A stretch of DNA of 64,000 nucleotides, from positions 102,930 to 166,929 of the forward strand of contig CAVYSE010000006.1 in the NCBI GenBank assembly GCA_963771075.1, given 5' to 3'. The translations under genes were made by a program, and so were the position numbers. The notes below the pieces were generated by a model that did not search any database, was not told where the DNA came from, and saw only the letters and a list, made by a program, of their open reading frames with translations. The stretch is from a candidate division FCPU426 bacterium (GTDB lineage: Bacteria; Oederibacteriota; Muellerivitia; Muellerivitales; Muellerivitaceae). Shown here piece by piece: positions 11,058 to 21,013 of this stretch (its first letter is position 1; each line of letters begins with the position of its first letter).

Positions 11058-11234
11058 TCATAATTCTTCAAGATCGTTTAAAAAATGCCCATTAAATGCA
11101 AAATCATCAAAGGAATTGTTCGTGCGAAGTCTTAGGCGCGGCGAAAATATGAAAGAATGATTCGCACCTTGAAGGATTTTAACTTTGCCGATAATCATGC
11201 CCGGAAGTTTAATTTGCTATAGAATGCATGATTT

Positions 11235-11266
11235 AAATTCGGTATAATTATAGTTATACCGAATTT
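11235..11266. other. Putative dif-like recombination site (13-bp inverted arms, 6-bp spacer)
   Basis: AAATTCGGTATAA-TTATAG-TTATACCGAATTT, ending 2 nt before the recombinase ATG. Confidence 0.65.
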
Positions 11267-11268
11267 CG

Positions 11269-12306
11269 ATGAAAACAAAACCTCAAGTTGAATTGAAAAT
11301 TAATGTTTTAAGTCTTCTGGAGCTAAAGCCTTATTCCGGGTTCTTAGCTCTTTGTAAATCCATTCATACAAAAGCCAATTATCATCAGGATCTTCGGGTA
11401 CTAAAACAATTTCTAGATCAAAGCGGTATAACAGACCCTATAAAAGTGCAACCCATTGATATGACTCGGTTCGCTAGTCATTTAATTAAACCGAACCTTA
11501 CCCCTTCCGGAAAGCCTCGAGCAGCTTATTCCACTCGCTCTGTTAAGCGCATTTTGGCCTCCACACGGTCTTTTTACCGCTATTTGGCCTCTATCCAGCA
11601 TATAACCACGGACCCCACTGCGGTCTTTCACAACTTGGCGATTCGCAGTCCCCAACGCAATCCCCGGCCGCTTCAACCCAAAGACCGCGAGCTCTTAGTT
11701 CGTCACCTCAAAACTGATACCCTGGATGACATACGGATAAGCCTTGCCGTCCTCTTTGGATACCATTGCGGACTTCGGGTCTCTGAAATCTCCCAATTGA
11801 GCTTAAGAGACCTGGATCTTACGCGCGGCCTAGTCACGGTCATTGGCAAGGGCGACAAGGAACGAGTCGTTCCCATGACCGATCCGCTCGTTAATTTGAT
11901 TCAGAAATACATTCAAATTCAAACGGAATACCAGGGCCAATATCTTTTCCCAAGCCCTCGTACCGATGCAAAGCCTATTCACGTGGATTACTTGGAAACC
12001 TGGGTTAAAAAGGCAGCCCTATGGGCAAAATTGGACCATGCGGAAGAATTGACAGTACATGTTTTAAGGCATTCTTTTGGGACCCAATTAGCTGAAGCGG
12101 GCGCAAGCGTTTACGAAATTCGGGACCTCATGGGCCATTCCAGTATCATGGTCAGCGAAAATTACGTGAAGTTGGCTTCCACTAAGGCCCAGCAAGCCCA
12201 TCGGAAAGCCTTTCCAGTCACCTGGACCTCGATGGCGCTCCAACTTCAGGCACAAGACGGGCCTGCGTCGGTTCTAAAGAAACTGCGAAAGTTTAAGGGA
12301 ACTTGA
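11269..12306 (+). CDS. Tyrosine recombinase, XerC/XerD family
   Basis: GLRVSE (R), GKGDKER (K), HVLRHSF (HxxR), MGH and catalytic Y. Confidence 0.93.
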   Translation: MKTKPQVELKINVLSLLELKPYSGFLALCKSIHTKANYHQDLRVLKQFLDQSGITDPIKVQPIDMTRFASHLIKPNLTPSGKPRAAYSTRSVKRILASTRSFYRYLASIQHITTDPTAVFHNLAIRSPQRNPRPLQPKDRELLVRHLKTDTLDDIRISLAVLFGYHCGLRVSEISQLSLRDLDLTRGLVTVIGKGDKERVVPMTDPLVNLIQKYIQIQTEYQGQYLFPSPRTDAKPIHVDYLETWVKKAALWAKLDHAEELTVHVLRHSFGTQLAEAGASVYEIRDLMGHSSIMVSENYVKLASTKAQQAHRKAFPVTWTSMALQLQAQDGPASVLKKLRKFKGT

Positions 12307-12733
12307 AAATTTTATGATGGCTTTGAGGGTTATTTTTTAAAGTACAAGTCTCAAGTCTATATTTACCACTGTATTATTAGGTGATTTAATCCGTATCAAA
12401 AACCAAAATAATGGAATGCAAATTTTTAACGCCGAAACGTCCAATTTTGCGTTTAAAGGGCGTTTTTTTAAAAGATATTATTTTAAAAGTCTTATTGGAC
12501 GTTCATATTTAAAGGCTAAATTGACCTTGAATCGGGGTTCCAAACCATTCGATTCAGCCTTGTAACGCACCTGTAAATTAATACAAACAGTCAATTTTAA
12601 CGAGGTAACTTATCCGCAGAATGCTTTAAGCAGGTTGATAAAGCCCTAGAAACATTTTTTGATAACAAAAAGCTTGTTTTAACAGTAAAAATGACGTTTC
12701 TGGAAAAGTTAAGGTTTTACTTGAGGTGAATTT

Positions 12734-13909
12734 TTGATCGAATTCTCAAAAAAAATTCCGGGCGATTTAACACCGAACCCCATTTCAAGGTTAACTGATT
12801 CCCTGCCAGCGGGTTTTTACATTGATTTGACCGTCTCGAACCCAACCCAATGCGGGTTTGATTATCCTTCAGATTTGTTGTTACCACTTTCAGAACCTCA
12901 AAACATGCTCTATGAACCTGATGCCAAAGGGATGCTTGAGGCAAGGAAGGCCTTGGCAAAACATGTGACAGCGAAAGGGATTCAAGTTTCGGAACAACAA
13001 TTAATTTTGACTTCGAGTACGAGCGAAGCTTATTCCTACCTGTTCAAATTGCTTGGGAATCCGAGCGATAAAGCGTTAATTCCTAGCCCTGGATACCCCT
13101 TGTTGGAGCTTTTGGCTCGCTTGGATTCGATCCAACCCATTCCCTATCCATTCAAAACCCAACCTGGTTGGCCGCTTGACAGGCCCCAATTCATAAATTT
13201 GTTGAAGGAGAATCCCAAGTTTGTTTTAAGTGTTAATCCCCAAAATCCAACCGGCGTGCCTCTTTCAGACGACGATTTAGTCTTTGTTTTAGAACAATGC
13301 GCCCTTAGAAGTATGGCTTTTATATCAGACGAGGTCTTTTGGGATTTCTTAATGCCCACTCGACCGATCCGGCTTTTTCCTAATCCGAATGTACTTACAT
13401 TCCGATTAGGGGGTATTTCCAAAAGCTTAGGCTTGCCCCAACTAAAACTCGCTTGGATCATTGTGGAAGGACCAGCATTGTTAGTTTCCGAATCGATTGA
13501 AAGGTTAGATTTTATATCGGATACCTATTTATCCCTTCAATCGCCTGTTCAAAATTCCTTATCAAAATTATTGTCCACATCAGAGCATTTCCAAAACCAA
13601 GTGATGGTTCGCATAAGTCAGAATAGGAGATTTTTGGAGGCGAAATTCGCTGTTTTTAACAACCGCGTCAAGCTTTGGCCGATGGAAGGTGGATGGTACA
13701 ACTTGATTGAAATCGTTAATTCGCCATTCAATGATGAGGCATGGGTTATCGCATTAATGAATGAAGAGAAGGTGATCATCCAACCAGGATGTTTTTATGA
13801 CATCGAAGAGGGATGTTTTGGTGTCATCAGCCTAATCACAAAACGAGAAATTTTTGAGCTTGGAGTGGACAAACTCATACAATTTCTGAGAAAGAAATTA
13901 CGAGTTTAA
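12734..13909 (+). CDS. PLP-dependent aminotransferase class I/II
   Basis: NPQNPTG, ISDEVF, GGISKSLGLPQLKLAW. Confidence 0.9.
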   Translation: MIEFSKKIPGDLTPNPISRLTDSLPAGFYIDLTVSNPTQCGFDYPSDLLLPLSEPQNMLYEPDAKGMLEARKALAKHVTAKGIQVSEQQLILTSSTSEAYSYLFKLLGNPSDKALIPSPGYPLLELLARLDSIQPIPYPFKTQPGWPLDRPQFINLLKENPKFVLSVNPQNPTGVPLSDDDLVFVLEQCALRSMAFISDEVFWDFLMPTRPIRLFPNPNVLTFRLGGISKSLGLPQLKLAWIIVEGPALLVSESIERLDFISDTYLSLQSPVQNSLSKLLSTSEHFQNQVMVRISQNRRFLEAKFAVFNNRVKLWPMEGGWYNLIEIVNSPFNDEAWVIALMNEEKVIIQPGCFYDIEEGCFGVISLITKREIFELGVDKLIQFLRKKLRV

Positions 13910-14602
13910 CTCACTAAGCCTTTGGGCCGCTTCCTTGCCCCAATTGGTGTCGGCGTATTGCTTAGCTGTTAATTTCAACTCTTCCACAGCCTTATCCTTA
14001 TTCTGATTTTTGAGATAGGCTTCCGACAAACGCAATTGAATCTCGGGGGTCATAAAACCCTGCGGTTGTTCTTTTAAAAAAAGTTCTAGCATATTGATTA
14101 CTTGTGGCCATTGATTTTGGGCTTCCAGGCATAGAATTTTTCCCAAAGCGGCCTCACTTCCCAAAGGACTATCTTTCAAGGATTGAGAAGCGACGTCGAA
14201 TCCAGCATAAGCTTGAGGATATTGTCCTAAAAAGTATTGGCATTTAGCTTCGAAAAAACGACCGACTTTAGCTGTTTTCGTTCCGGCATAATCGGTCGTG
14301 ATGCGATGGAAGGCTTGAAGAGCTTGTTGATATTTCTCGGCTTCAGTTTTGAAGGGACCGTTTTTGGGATCTACCGAAGCTTGAAGATAATATTGGGCCA
14401 AATTCAAAGTGTTTTGAGCGTCTTTTTCACTTTGTTCAAGACTGTGCAGGTAATAGGGGATGCCAAAAGCAACGAGCAAAAGAATAATGACGCCTACAAA
14501 GACTATCTCTTGATGGGCTTTTGCCCAAGCCAAAACCTTTTTAAATTGGTTCTGGTCGGTGTTGTGGGAAACTCCGGGTACAGGGTGGATCGCTTGCGTC
14601 AT
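13898..14602 (-). CDS. Membrane-anchored TPR protein (YfgM-like)
   Basis: Single N-terminal TM followed by TPR-like helices. Confidence 0.7.
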   Translation of the reverse strand: MTQAIHPVPGVSHNTDQNQFKKVLAWAKAHQEIVFVGVIILLLVAFGIPYYLHSLEQSEKDAQNTLNLAQYYLQASVDPKNGPFKTEAEKYQQALQAFHRITTDYAGTKTAKVGRFFEAKCQYFLGQYPQAYAGFDVASQSLKDSPLGSEAALGKILCLEAQNQWPQVINMLELFLKEQPQGFMTPEIQLRLSEAYLKNQNKDKAVEELKLTAKQYADTNWGKEAAQRLSELNS

Positions 14603-14633
14603 TTCATGTCCTTCATTCGTTTTCTCTGAAAGC

Positions 14634-14659
14634 GAAGCCTTCCTCTAGAGGAAGGCTTC
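14634..14659. terminator. Perfect hairpin downstream of tRNA-Arg
   Basis: GAAGCCTTCCTC-TA-GAGGAAGGCTTC. Confidence 0.55.
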
Positions 14660-14665
14660 ATCGGG

Positions 14666-14742
14666 TGGTACCCTCGACGCGAATCGAACGCGTGACCTAC
14701 CCTTTAGGAAAGGGTCGCTCTATCCAACTGAGCTACGAGGGC
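14666..14742 (-). tRNA. tRNA-Arg (CCT)
   Basis: Cloverleaf GCCCTCG...CGAGGGT-A-CCA; anticodon arm ACCCT-TTCCTAA-AGGGT; GTTCGA T-loop. Confidence 0.95.
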
Positions 14743-14775
14743 CCTCAAATATTTTTTCTGTCCAAAAATGAAAAA

Positions 14776-15288
14776 TTAGTATTGGATTATAGAAAAAACA
14801 GGGGTGGAATTCAATTTTTGCTTCCCCTTAAGGAAAAGAAGTTCCATTAAAAAACTGGCTTCCGATACTTTCCCACCCGCTTTCTCCACCAATCGAACGG
14901 CGGCAGCGGCGGTTCCCCCAGTAGCTAACACATCGTCCAAGACCACGACCCGATCACCTGAATTTAGAGCATCCTGGTGAATTTCAAGGGTATCTTTACC
15001 ATATTCGAGTTCATATGTTTCATTGAAAGTTTTCCAAGGCAACTTTCCGGGTTTCCGAACTGGAACAAAACCAATCCCTAAGCGATTGGCCAAGGCGGCT
15101 CCAAAAATAAAACCTCTGGATTCCATCGCGACGATAGCGTTTATCTTTTGGGAGGCGTAACGTTCCGCCCAAAGGGTTAGAACAGAGTTGAAGGCCTCGG
15201 GACTTTTCAATAATGGGGTAATGTCCTTGAAAACAATACCTGGCTTGGGAAAATCCGGAACATCCCGAATAAAAGATTTAATATCCAT
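14776..15288 (-). CDS. apt: Adenine phosphoribosyltransferase
   Basis: DFPKPGIVFKDITPLL, RKPGKLP, YELEYG, DDVLATGGT. Confidence 0.97.
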   Translation of the reverse strand: MDIKSFIRDVPDFPKPGIVFKDITPLLKSPEAFNSVLTLWAERYASQKINAIVAMESRGFIFGAALANRLGIGFVPVRKPGKLPWKTFNETYELEYGKDTLEIHQDALNSGDRVVVLDDVLATGGTAAAAVRLVEKAGGKVSEASFLMELLFLKGKQKLNSTPVFSIIQY

Positions 15289-15353
15289 AAATCCTCCGAA
15301 AGAAAATAAAAATAGGATTTAAAAGTTTTTAAAGGGTGAATTGGAGTGGCATT

Positions 15354-16309
15354 CTACACAAATTCGTTCAGAAGTTCATGATATTCTTGTTGGCGGGATT
15401 TTATCAAAGTACGAATTTTCTGAAGGGCTTTTTCTTCGATTTGGCGAATTCTTTCACGTGTCACTCCCAAGGATTGACCGGTTTGTTCGAGGGTATGGGA
15501 TTGATCGGTGTCGATTCCAAACCTCATTTGAACCACTTTTTGTTCTTTTTCGGATAAGTTTGCGGATCAGGCGATCGAGTTTTTCACGCCGTAATTGATA
15601 AAAAAACGACTGGGCGGGATTGATCGTGTTTTTGTCCTCAATAAAATCGCCGAAATTCTTGGCGTGATTCTCGTCCCCGACCGGATGCTCCAAAGAAACA
15701 TCCCTTTGGGCCAAACGATGGAGTTTATGGATCTTTTCGAATTTGATTTTCGCGGATTTGGATAATTCCAATAGGCTTGGATCACGACCTAATTTTTCCG
15801 TCAAGGTTCGGCTAATTCGTTCAACCCGGCTGATGTCTTCCGAAACATGAACGGGAACACGAACCGTTCTTGAGTAATTGGAAAGTGCTCGGGTTATGGC
15901 CTGACGGATCCACCAAGTGGCGTAGGTGCTAAACTTAAACCCGCGTCGCCAAGAGAATTTCTCGCTCGCCTTGATCAATCCCAAATTGCCTTCTTCGATC
16001 AAGTCCTGGAAAGTTAGGCCATGGTACATGTATTTCTTCGCGACATTAATGACCAACCTTAAATTGGAAGCAATCAAGATGTGTTTGGCTTCTTCGTCCC
16101 CTTTTTCGATCCTTTTGGCCAAGACCACTTCTTCTTTAGCCGTTAACAAGGGTATTTTGGAAATCTCTCGGAAGTACAATTTCAGGCTGTCGGTGGTAAC
16201 TCGCTCGTTTTTAGAAAGGGGTAAATGTTTTACAGCTATGGTGGTTAGGTTGCAGAGTTGTTTGGATTTCAGTTTTAGGTTTGTGTTGCGAGCCTAAACT
16301 TTTGGCCAT
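15354..16309 (-). pseudogene. Sigma-70 factor (RpoD/RpoS-like), frameshifted: pseudogene or sequence error
   Basis: Regions 1.2-3 (NLRLV, DLIEEGNLGL, FSTYATWWIRQAI) in ORF 15454-16179; region 4 (TLEQTG..LGVTRERIRQIE) in a different frame at 15354-15536; upstream ATG 16309 is also out of frame. Confidence 0.8.
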
Positions 16310-16310
16310 T

Positions 16311-16586
16311 TCAGTACCTGATCAAGAAATTCAAACCATCCGGTTCAGCTTGGACCCATTGGGAATGAAACTCGGTTACCTTGCTTCCCAAACAGCCTTC
16401 TTTTAAAACTTGCATAAACTGTTCCAAGTTATTTGCGGACCCAAAAGCCAATACCTCCACCCCGCCATCGGGAGTATTGCGTACCCATCCGGTGATTCCC
16501 CTTTCTACAGCCTTCATTTGCGTGAAATTACGAAAACCAACCCCCTGGACTCGCCCCCTAAGAGTGATGGATATACCCTTCCCCAT
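16311..16586 (-). CDS. acyP: Acylphosphatase
   Basis: GRVQGVGFR, GWVRNTPDG. Confidence 0.95.
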   Translation of the reverse strand: MGKGISITLRGRVQGVGFRNFTQMKAVERGITGWVRNTPDGGVEVLAFGSANNLEQFMQVLKEGCLGSKVTEFHSQWVQAEPDGLNFLIRY

Positions 16587-16751
16587 GCGAATACTCCTTT
16601 TAAAATGTCTTTAAAATCATGGATTTGTCAGTTTTTTGAATAGGCAATAAGGATTTTGACTAGTAAATCTGAAAATTATGATATTTAAGCAATCAAGAGC
16701 CAGGATTTAAGAGAGAGGAAGTTTGAATGATGATGGAAATAAGATGAATAA

Positions 16752-16828
16752 TGGTCGGGGCGGCAGGATTTGAACCTGCGACCTTTTGCACCCCATGCAA
16801 CTGCGCTACCGAGCTGCGCCACGCCCCG
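16752..16828 (-). tRNA. tRNA-Pro (GGG)
   Basis: CGGGGCG...CGCCCCG-A-CCA; anticodon loop ATGGGGT. Confidence 0.93.
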
Positions 16829-16877
16829 ATATTCCGACCATTATGCATTAAAAACCTGTGTTTTAGACAGGATATCC

Positions 16878-16954
<77 letters not shown>

Positions 16955-17072
16955 TCCAAAGATACCTTGCCAAACTTAGTTACAACTTGCGGCAATTGAA
17001 AATGAACTTTTAAAAGGAAACTCATATTATTCTAAAACAGATAAGCCTTCAAGAAAAAGGGTGACCTTTTTA

Positions 17073-17501
17073 TTAAGCCAAATTGTATTTTTGCAGGATC
17101 TTCCTGATTTCGAGGATCAAATTCTTAAACTCGAAACCCTTTTCAGGGTCCATATTAAACTTGCTTTTAGATGGGGTCGGAGCTGTTATCCCCGGAATTT
17201 CGGGTGAAACCGGAGCGGGTTGTGCTAAAACAGGTGGAATATTCGTAAAATCAAAACCGGATTTTTCAAGTTCTTCTAATTTTTGCTTTGCTCCGGCAAT
17301 GGTATATTTTTCAACGTAAAGAAGCTGTTTGATCAATTTGGCAATTTGAATATCTTGATTCCGGTATATTCGTTGGCCTGTTTCGGACTTTTGGGGATCC
17401 AACAAGGTGAATTCAGTTTCCCAATAGCGTAGAACATAGGGTTTTACTTCGATGATCTGGGCGACTTCTCCGATCGTAAAAAATAATTTCGTTTCGGTCA
17501 T
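17073..17501 (-). CDS. MerR-family transcriptional regulator
   Basis: FTIGEVA...[10 protein letters not shown]...GQRIY; usual ihfA-merR-tRNA-Pro synteny. Confidence 0.9.
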   Translation of the reverse strand: MTETKLFFTIGEVAQIIEVKPYVLRYWETEFTLLDPQKSETGQRIYRNQDIQIAKLIKQLLYVEKYTIAGAKQKLEELEKSGFDFTNIPPVLAQPAPVSPEIPGITAPTPSKSKFNMDPEKGFEFKNLILEIRKILQKYNLA

Positions 17502-17532
17502 TCTTTACTCCAGATGATTCGCGACTTAGCCA

Positions 17533-17829
17533 CTAAGGATTCAATTTCTTCTTAAATAGCGGGGCCGGTGTAAAAGATAAAACAAAATGTTTTTTTAATC
17601 GAAGGGTTTTACCGGTTTTTGGATTGCGAGCCCTTCTGGGTTCCCTGATTTTCCATTGCCAGGCGCCTAAACCAACTATAGTTACTTTTTTCCCGGCCTT
17701 CAAGGCGTCCAAAATGGCGTCAAAAAAGGATTCAAGGGCGATTTGAGCCTGTTTTTTTTTGAGACCTAAATCCATCAAGGTTTTGATGAATTGGTCCCGC
17801 TTAAGGGGTTTTTGATCAGTTGTTTTCAG
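17533..17829 (-). CDS. Integration host factor alpha / HU-family DNA-binding protein
   Basis: KVTIVGLG...RRARNPKTG...FTPA; frame is open upstream to a CTG at 17829 (98 aa); start uncertain. Confidence 0.85.
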   Translation of the reverse strand: MKTTDQKPLKRDQFIKTLMDLGLKKKQAQIALESFFDAILDALKAGKKVTIVGLGAWQWKIREPRRARNPKTGKTLRLKKHFVLSFTPAPLFKKKLNP

Positions 17830-18808
17830 GTTTGGCCACCCTTGCCAAAAGACTTTTCACCGCCTCGGCTGGGCTCTTCCTCTTAAATAATACATTATAA
17901 ACTTCTTGGGTGATCGGTATTTCCACGGCTACGGTCGCGGCGAGATCCAGGGCAGCCTTGGCCGTATTCAGCCCTTCGGCCACCATGGTCATTTCGCTTA
18001 AGGCCTGTTCAAGGCTCTTTCCTTGGCCTATTTTTTCCCCAAGGAGGCGGTTACGACTATGTCGGCTGATGCAGGTGACGGTCAAATCGCCCATCCCTGT
18101 CAGACCCGCGAAAGTTTGAGGTTGGGCTCCCAGTGCCACTCCTAATCGGGTCATTTCGTACAACCCCCGCGTCATTAAGGCGGCTTTGGTGTTATCCCCC
18201 AACCCCAACCCATCGCCTATTCCCGCGGCGATAGCGATGACGTTTTTCAAAGACGCTCCCAACTCTACGCCGAGCATGTCGGGTGAGGTATAGACCCTAA
18301 AGTAGTCGGAATGGAATACATCCTGGATCTTACGGGCTAAACCTTCAACATTCGAGGCCGCCACGACCGTGGTTGGAAGCTTGCGGATTACTTCTTCCGC
18401 GTGGCTTGGCCCTGAAAGGACCGCAACAGGAGTCCCGGCGGGAAGATTTTGGTTCAAAACCTCTGAAAGCCGCAGGTGGGTCTGGGGTTCCAGCCCTTTG
18501 CTGACACAAACGGCCCATGCTTGGCTGGGCCAATGGGGTTTTGAGGAAAGGGCGGTGGAGCGAATGGCGTTTGAGGGGACGGCGAAAATAACGCCTTCCG
18601 CCGATTCGAGGCTTTTTGAAATAGAATTAGAGACCGCCACTTCTTTGGACAGGATCAAATCCGGCAGGAGCGAACTACGCCTTTGAATGGATAATTCCTC
18701 CGCTTGTTTGGGATCGAAAGCCCATAAAAAGACCTGATGGCCATTACCTTGCAAATGAGAAGCTAGCGCGGAACCCCAGCTTCCGGAACCTAAAACACAG
18801 ATTTTCAC
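17816..18808 (-). CDS. gpsA: NAD(P)H-dependent glycerol-3-phosphate dehydrogenase
   Basis: GSGSWG, LSGPSHAEEV, LKNVIAIAAG, GMGDLTVTC, SRNR. Confidence 0.97.
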   Translation of the reverse strand: MKICVLGSGSWGSALASHLQGNGHQVFLWAFDPKQAEELSIQRRSSLLPDLILSKEVAVSNSISKSLESAEGVIFAVPSNAIRSTALSSKPHWPSQAWAVCVSKGLEPQTHLRLSEVLNQNLPAGTPVAVLSGPSHAEEVIRKLPTTVVAASNVEGLARKIQDVFHSDYFRVYTSPDMLGVELGASLKNVIAIAAGIGDGLGLGDNTKAALMTRGLYEMTRLGVALGAQPQTFAGLTGMGDLTVTCISRHSRNRLLGEKIGQGKSLEQALSEMTMVAEGLNTAKAALDLAATVAVEIPITQEVYNVLFKRKSPAEAVKSLLARVAKPENN

Positions 18809-19425
18809 TGTTTATCCCCTGTTTTCTTATTTAAGCCGATCTTATTTTCGGTTCCTTCGGCGATGCGTTTCAAGTTGGAACGGTGGGTCCACCAGGCAAG
18901 GACGACCCCCAACATCGCCAGGCCTGTCGAATAGGGGTGCTGGCCCTGGCCAAGCGCGAGGCTTAAGGCCGCCATTGTCGTGACACCCGAGAGGCTCCCG
19001 ACCGAAATCATCCGCCAAACGGCAAGGGCGCAAATAAAAACAAAGGTCCCGGCGAGACTGGGAATTAGAAGAAGCGAATAGAATACGCCAACGCTCACCC
19101 CAATTCCCTTCCCTCCCTTGAAATGCATGAATACCGAGAAAACATTCCCCAAGAGAACGGCAAGACCTGCGGCAACCCGGAACCACTCCGCGTCAGGCAT
19201 TAATGCCTGGGCGCCCTTGACCGCCAAAACACCTTTGGTGATATCCAGCAATAGGGTCAGGACGCCCCATGGGGCTCCCACGACCCTCCAAACATTGGTC
19301 ATGCCGATATTTCCGCTTCCTTGAGTTCGAATGTCGAAACCCTTCACGGCTTTAACCAATAAATAACCCGTCGGTATGGATCCCAACAGGTAAGCGGCGA
19401 TCAGCCAGCAGGCAACAAGGGTCAT
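18805..19425 (-). CDS. plsY: Glycerol-3-phosphate acyltransferase PlsY
   Basis: YLLGSIPTG, GSGNIGMTNVWR, FKGGKG, HRSNLKR. Confidence 0.96.
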   Translation of the reverse strand: MTLVACWLIAAYLLGSIPTGYLLVKAVKGFDIRTQGSGNIGMTNVWRVVGAPWGVLTLLLDITKGVLAVKGAQALMPDAEWFRVAAGLAVLLGNVFSVFMHFKGGKGIGVSVGVFYSLLLIPSLAGTFVFICALAVWRMISVGSLSGVTTMAALSLALGQGQHPYSTGLAMLGVVLAWWTHRSNLKRIAEGTENKIGLNKKTGDKQ

Positions 19426-20876
19426 TTTTTCTTCTTCTTTCTGAAGTTCTTAATGCCGGTCTTATGGACTTGTTTTTTTATCCTGTCTTTTCGGATCTTG
19501 ATGTTCGGGTCGAAATTACGCCTGTAACTTGGCCTTCTAACCTCCCCTTCCTCAGGTTTTTCTTTAAGGGCCAAGTGAAGGGGACATCTTTCCAGGCCCA
19601 GGGCCACCCTCATTTCATCCTCCAAAAATCGGAGATAAGAGGGAGCCATGCATTCGGCGTGGCGGACAAATATCTCAATGGCGGGCGGATGGCCCTTTCT
19701 TTGATACCCATAAAGGATTTTAACCTGGTTGCCCTTGCGGAATGGCGGGTTTTGCTTGCTGACAGCGGATTGGAGGGCGGCATTGACCTTGGAGGTCGAA
19801 ACCTCCTTGCAGCTTTCCTCGAAAACGGAATTCACGGTCGGAAGGACTTTCTCCAAACCCTGTCCGGTCTTGGCGGATATGAACAAAACCGGCGCAAAAT
19901 ATAAAAGTCGCAATTCACGCCGGGTAATCCTCTCCGCCCGTGCCTGTTCCGCGCCCAGGGGATGGATATCCCACTTGTTGATGAGGATCACCACCGGCCT
20001 GAAGGCCTCATGAATGATCCGGCTGATCGTCACGTCCTGGTGGGTAATTCCCTTCTCCCCGTCCACCAGCAAAACGGCCACTTGGCAGGTCTGAAGTTCA
20101 AATAAGGCCTGTTCCACGCTCATTTTCTCGATCCGGCTGTCCTGTTGCTTGGACAAACGGATGCCGGCGGTATCGACGACCGTCATCAAGGAATCGGGGG
20201 TTTCTATTATGACCGGGATCGCGTCGTGGGTCGTACCGGCCAAATCATCAACCAAGAGCCGGTTTTCGCCTAGGAGGGCGTTCGCGAGGGAGGATTTACC
20301 GACATTGGGTTTCCCCAAGATGGCTATCCGGATGGGCCGGTCGGGGTCCTCGGACTGATCATCCAGCGGTTTCGGCGCGGGCAGGTGCAGGATCAATTCA
20401 TCCAAAAAGTCGTCAATTCCTATGCCGTGCAGGGCCGAGATGGGGAAAACCTTCCGAAATCCCAGGGTCGTAAAATCGGAAATCAGCTCGTCTTTTCGGC
20501 TGAATTCATCCACTTTATTGATCACCAGCCAGGGTTGAACGCCTTTTTTTCTCAGGTGGCGGATCACCAGATCGTCCGAAGGGGAAAGACCCTCCAGGGC
20601 GTCGACCAGCATCACCAATACGGGCGCCTGATTGATCTTTTCATCAAGTTTTTGCCCGACCTTGCTGGCGATGGAATCCTTCTCGCCGGGGACCCAACCG
20701 CCCGAATCGGTCAAAAGGAAGGTAACGCCTTGCCATTCCACCTCATGCGTTTTGAAATCGCGCGTAGAACCGGGTTGATTGTCGACCAGGGCCAGGTTCT
20801 TGCCGACCAAACGGTTAAAAAAGGTGGATTTGCCCACATTGGGTCTTCCGATGATCAAAACTTCCGGGTAAGGCAT
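19422..20876 (-). CDS. der: Ribosome biogenesis GTPase Der (EngA)
   Basis: Two GTPase domains (GRPNVGKS, GKPNVGKS, DTAG, NKxD) and KH-like C-terminus. Confidence 0.96.
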   Translation of the reverse strand: MPYPEVLIIGRPNVGKSTFFNRLVGKNLALVDNQPGSTRDFKTHEVEWQGVTFLLTDSGGWVPGEKDSIASKVGQKLDEKINQAPVLVMLVDALEGLSPSDDLVIRHLRKKGVQPWLVINKVDEFSRKDELISDFTTLGFRKVFPISALHGIGIDDFLDELILHLPAPKPLDDQSEDPDRPIRIAILGKPNVGKSSLANALLGENRLLVDDLAGTTHDAIPVIIETPDSLMTVVDTAGIRLSKQQDSRIEKMSVEQALFELQTCQVAVLLVDGEKGITHQDVTISRIIHEAFRPVVILINKWDIHPLGAEQARAERITRRELRLLYFAPVLFISAKTGQGLEKVLPTVNSVFEESCKEVSTSKVNAALQSAVSKQNPPFRKGNQVKILYGYQRKGHPPAIEIFVRHAECMAPSYLRFLEDEMRVALGLERCPLHLALKEKPEEGEVRRPSYRRNFDPNIKIRKDRIKKQVHKTGIKNFRKKKKK

Positions 20877-21013
20877 TTACCTATCTCCTAATCTTCAGCC
20901 ATTCATTGAAAAGGTACTATACCGACCTCAATAAAAATCAAAATGAGGGTCGGCAGTTATCGTTTCTGCTATTTTAAAATTCCCATACAGCCGCTCAGCG
21001 GTAAGAAACTGGG

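Noticed and set aside
11269..12306. Integron integrase or prophage integrase
   Set aside because: No IntI-specific insertion between the HxxR-flanking patches is evident, there are no attC-like cassettes or phage genes nearby, and the flanks are housekeeping genes.
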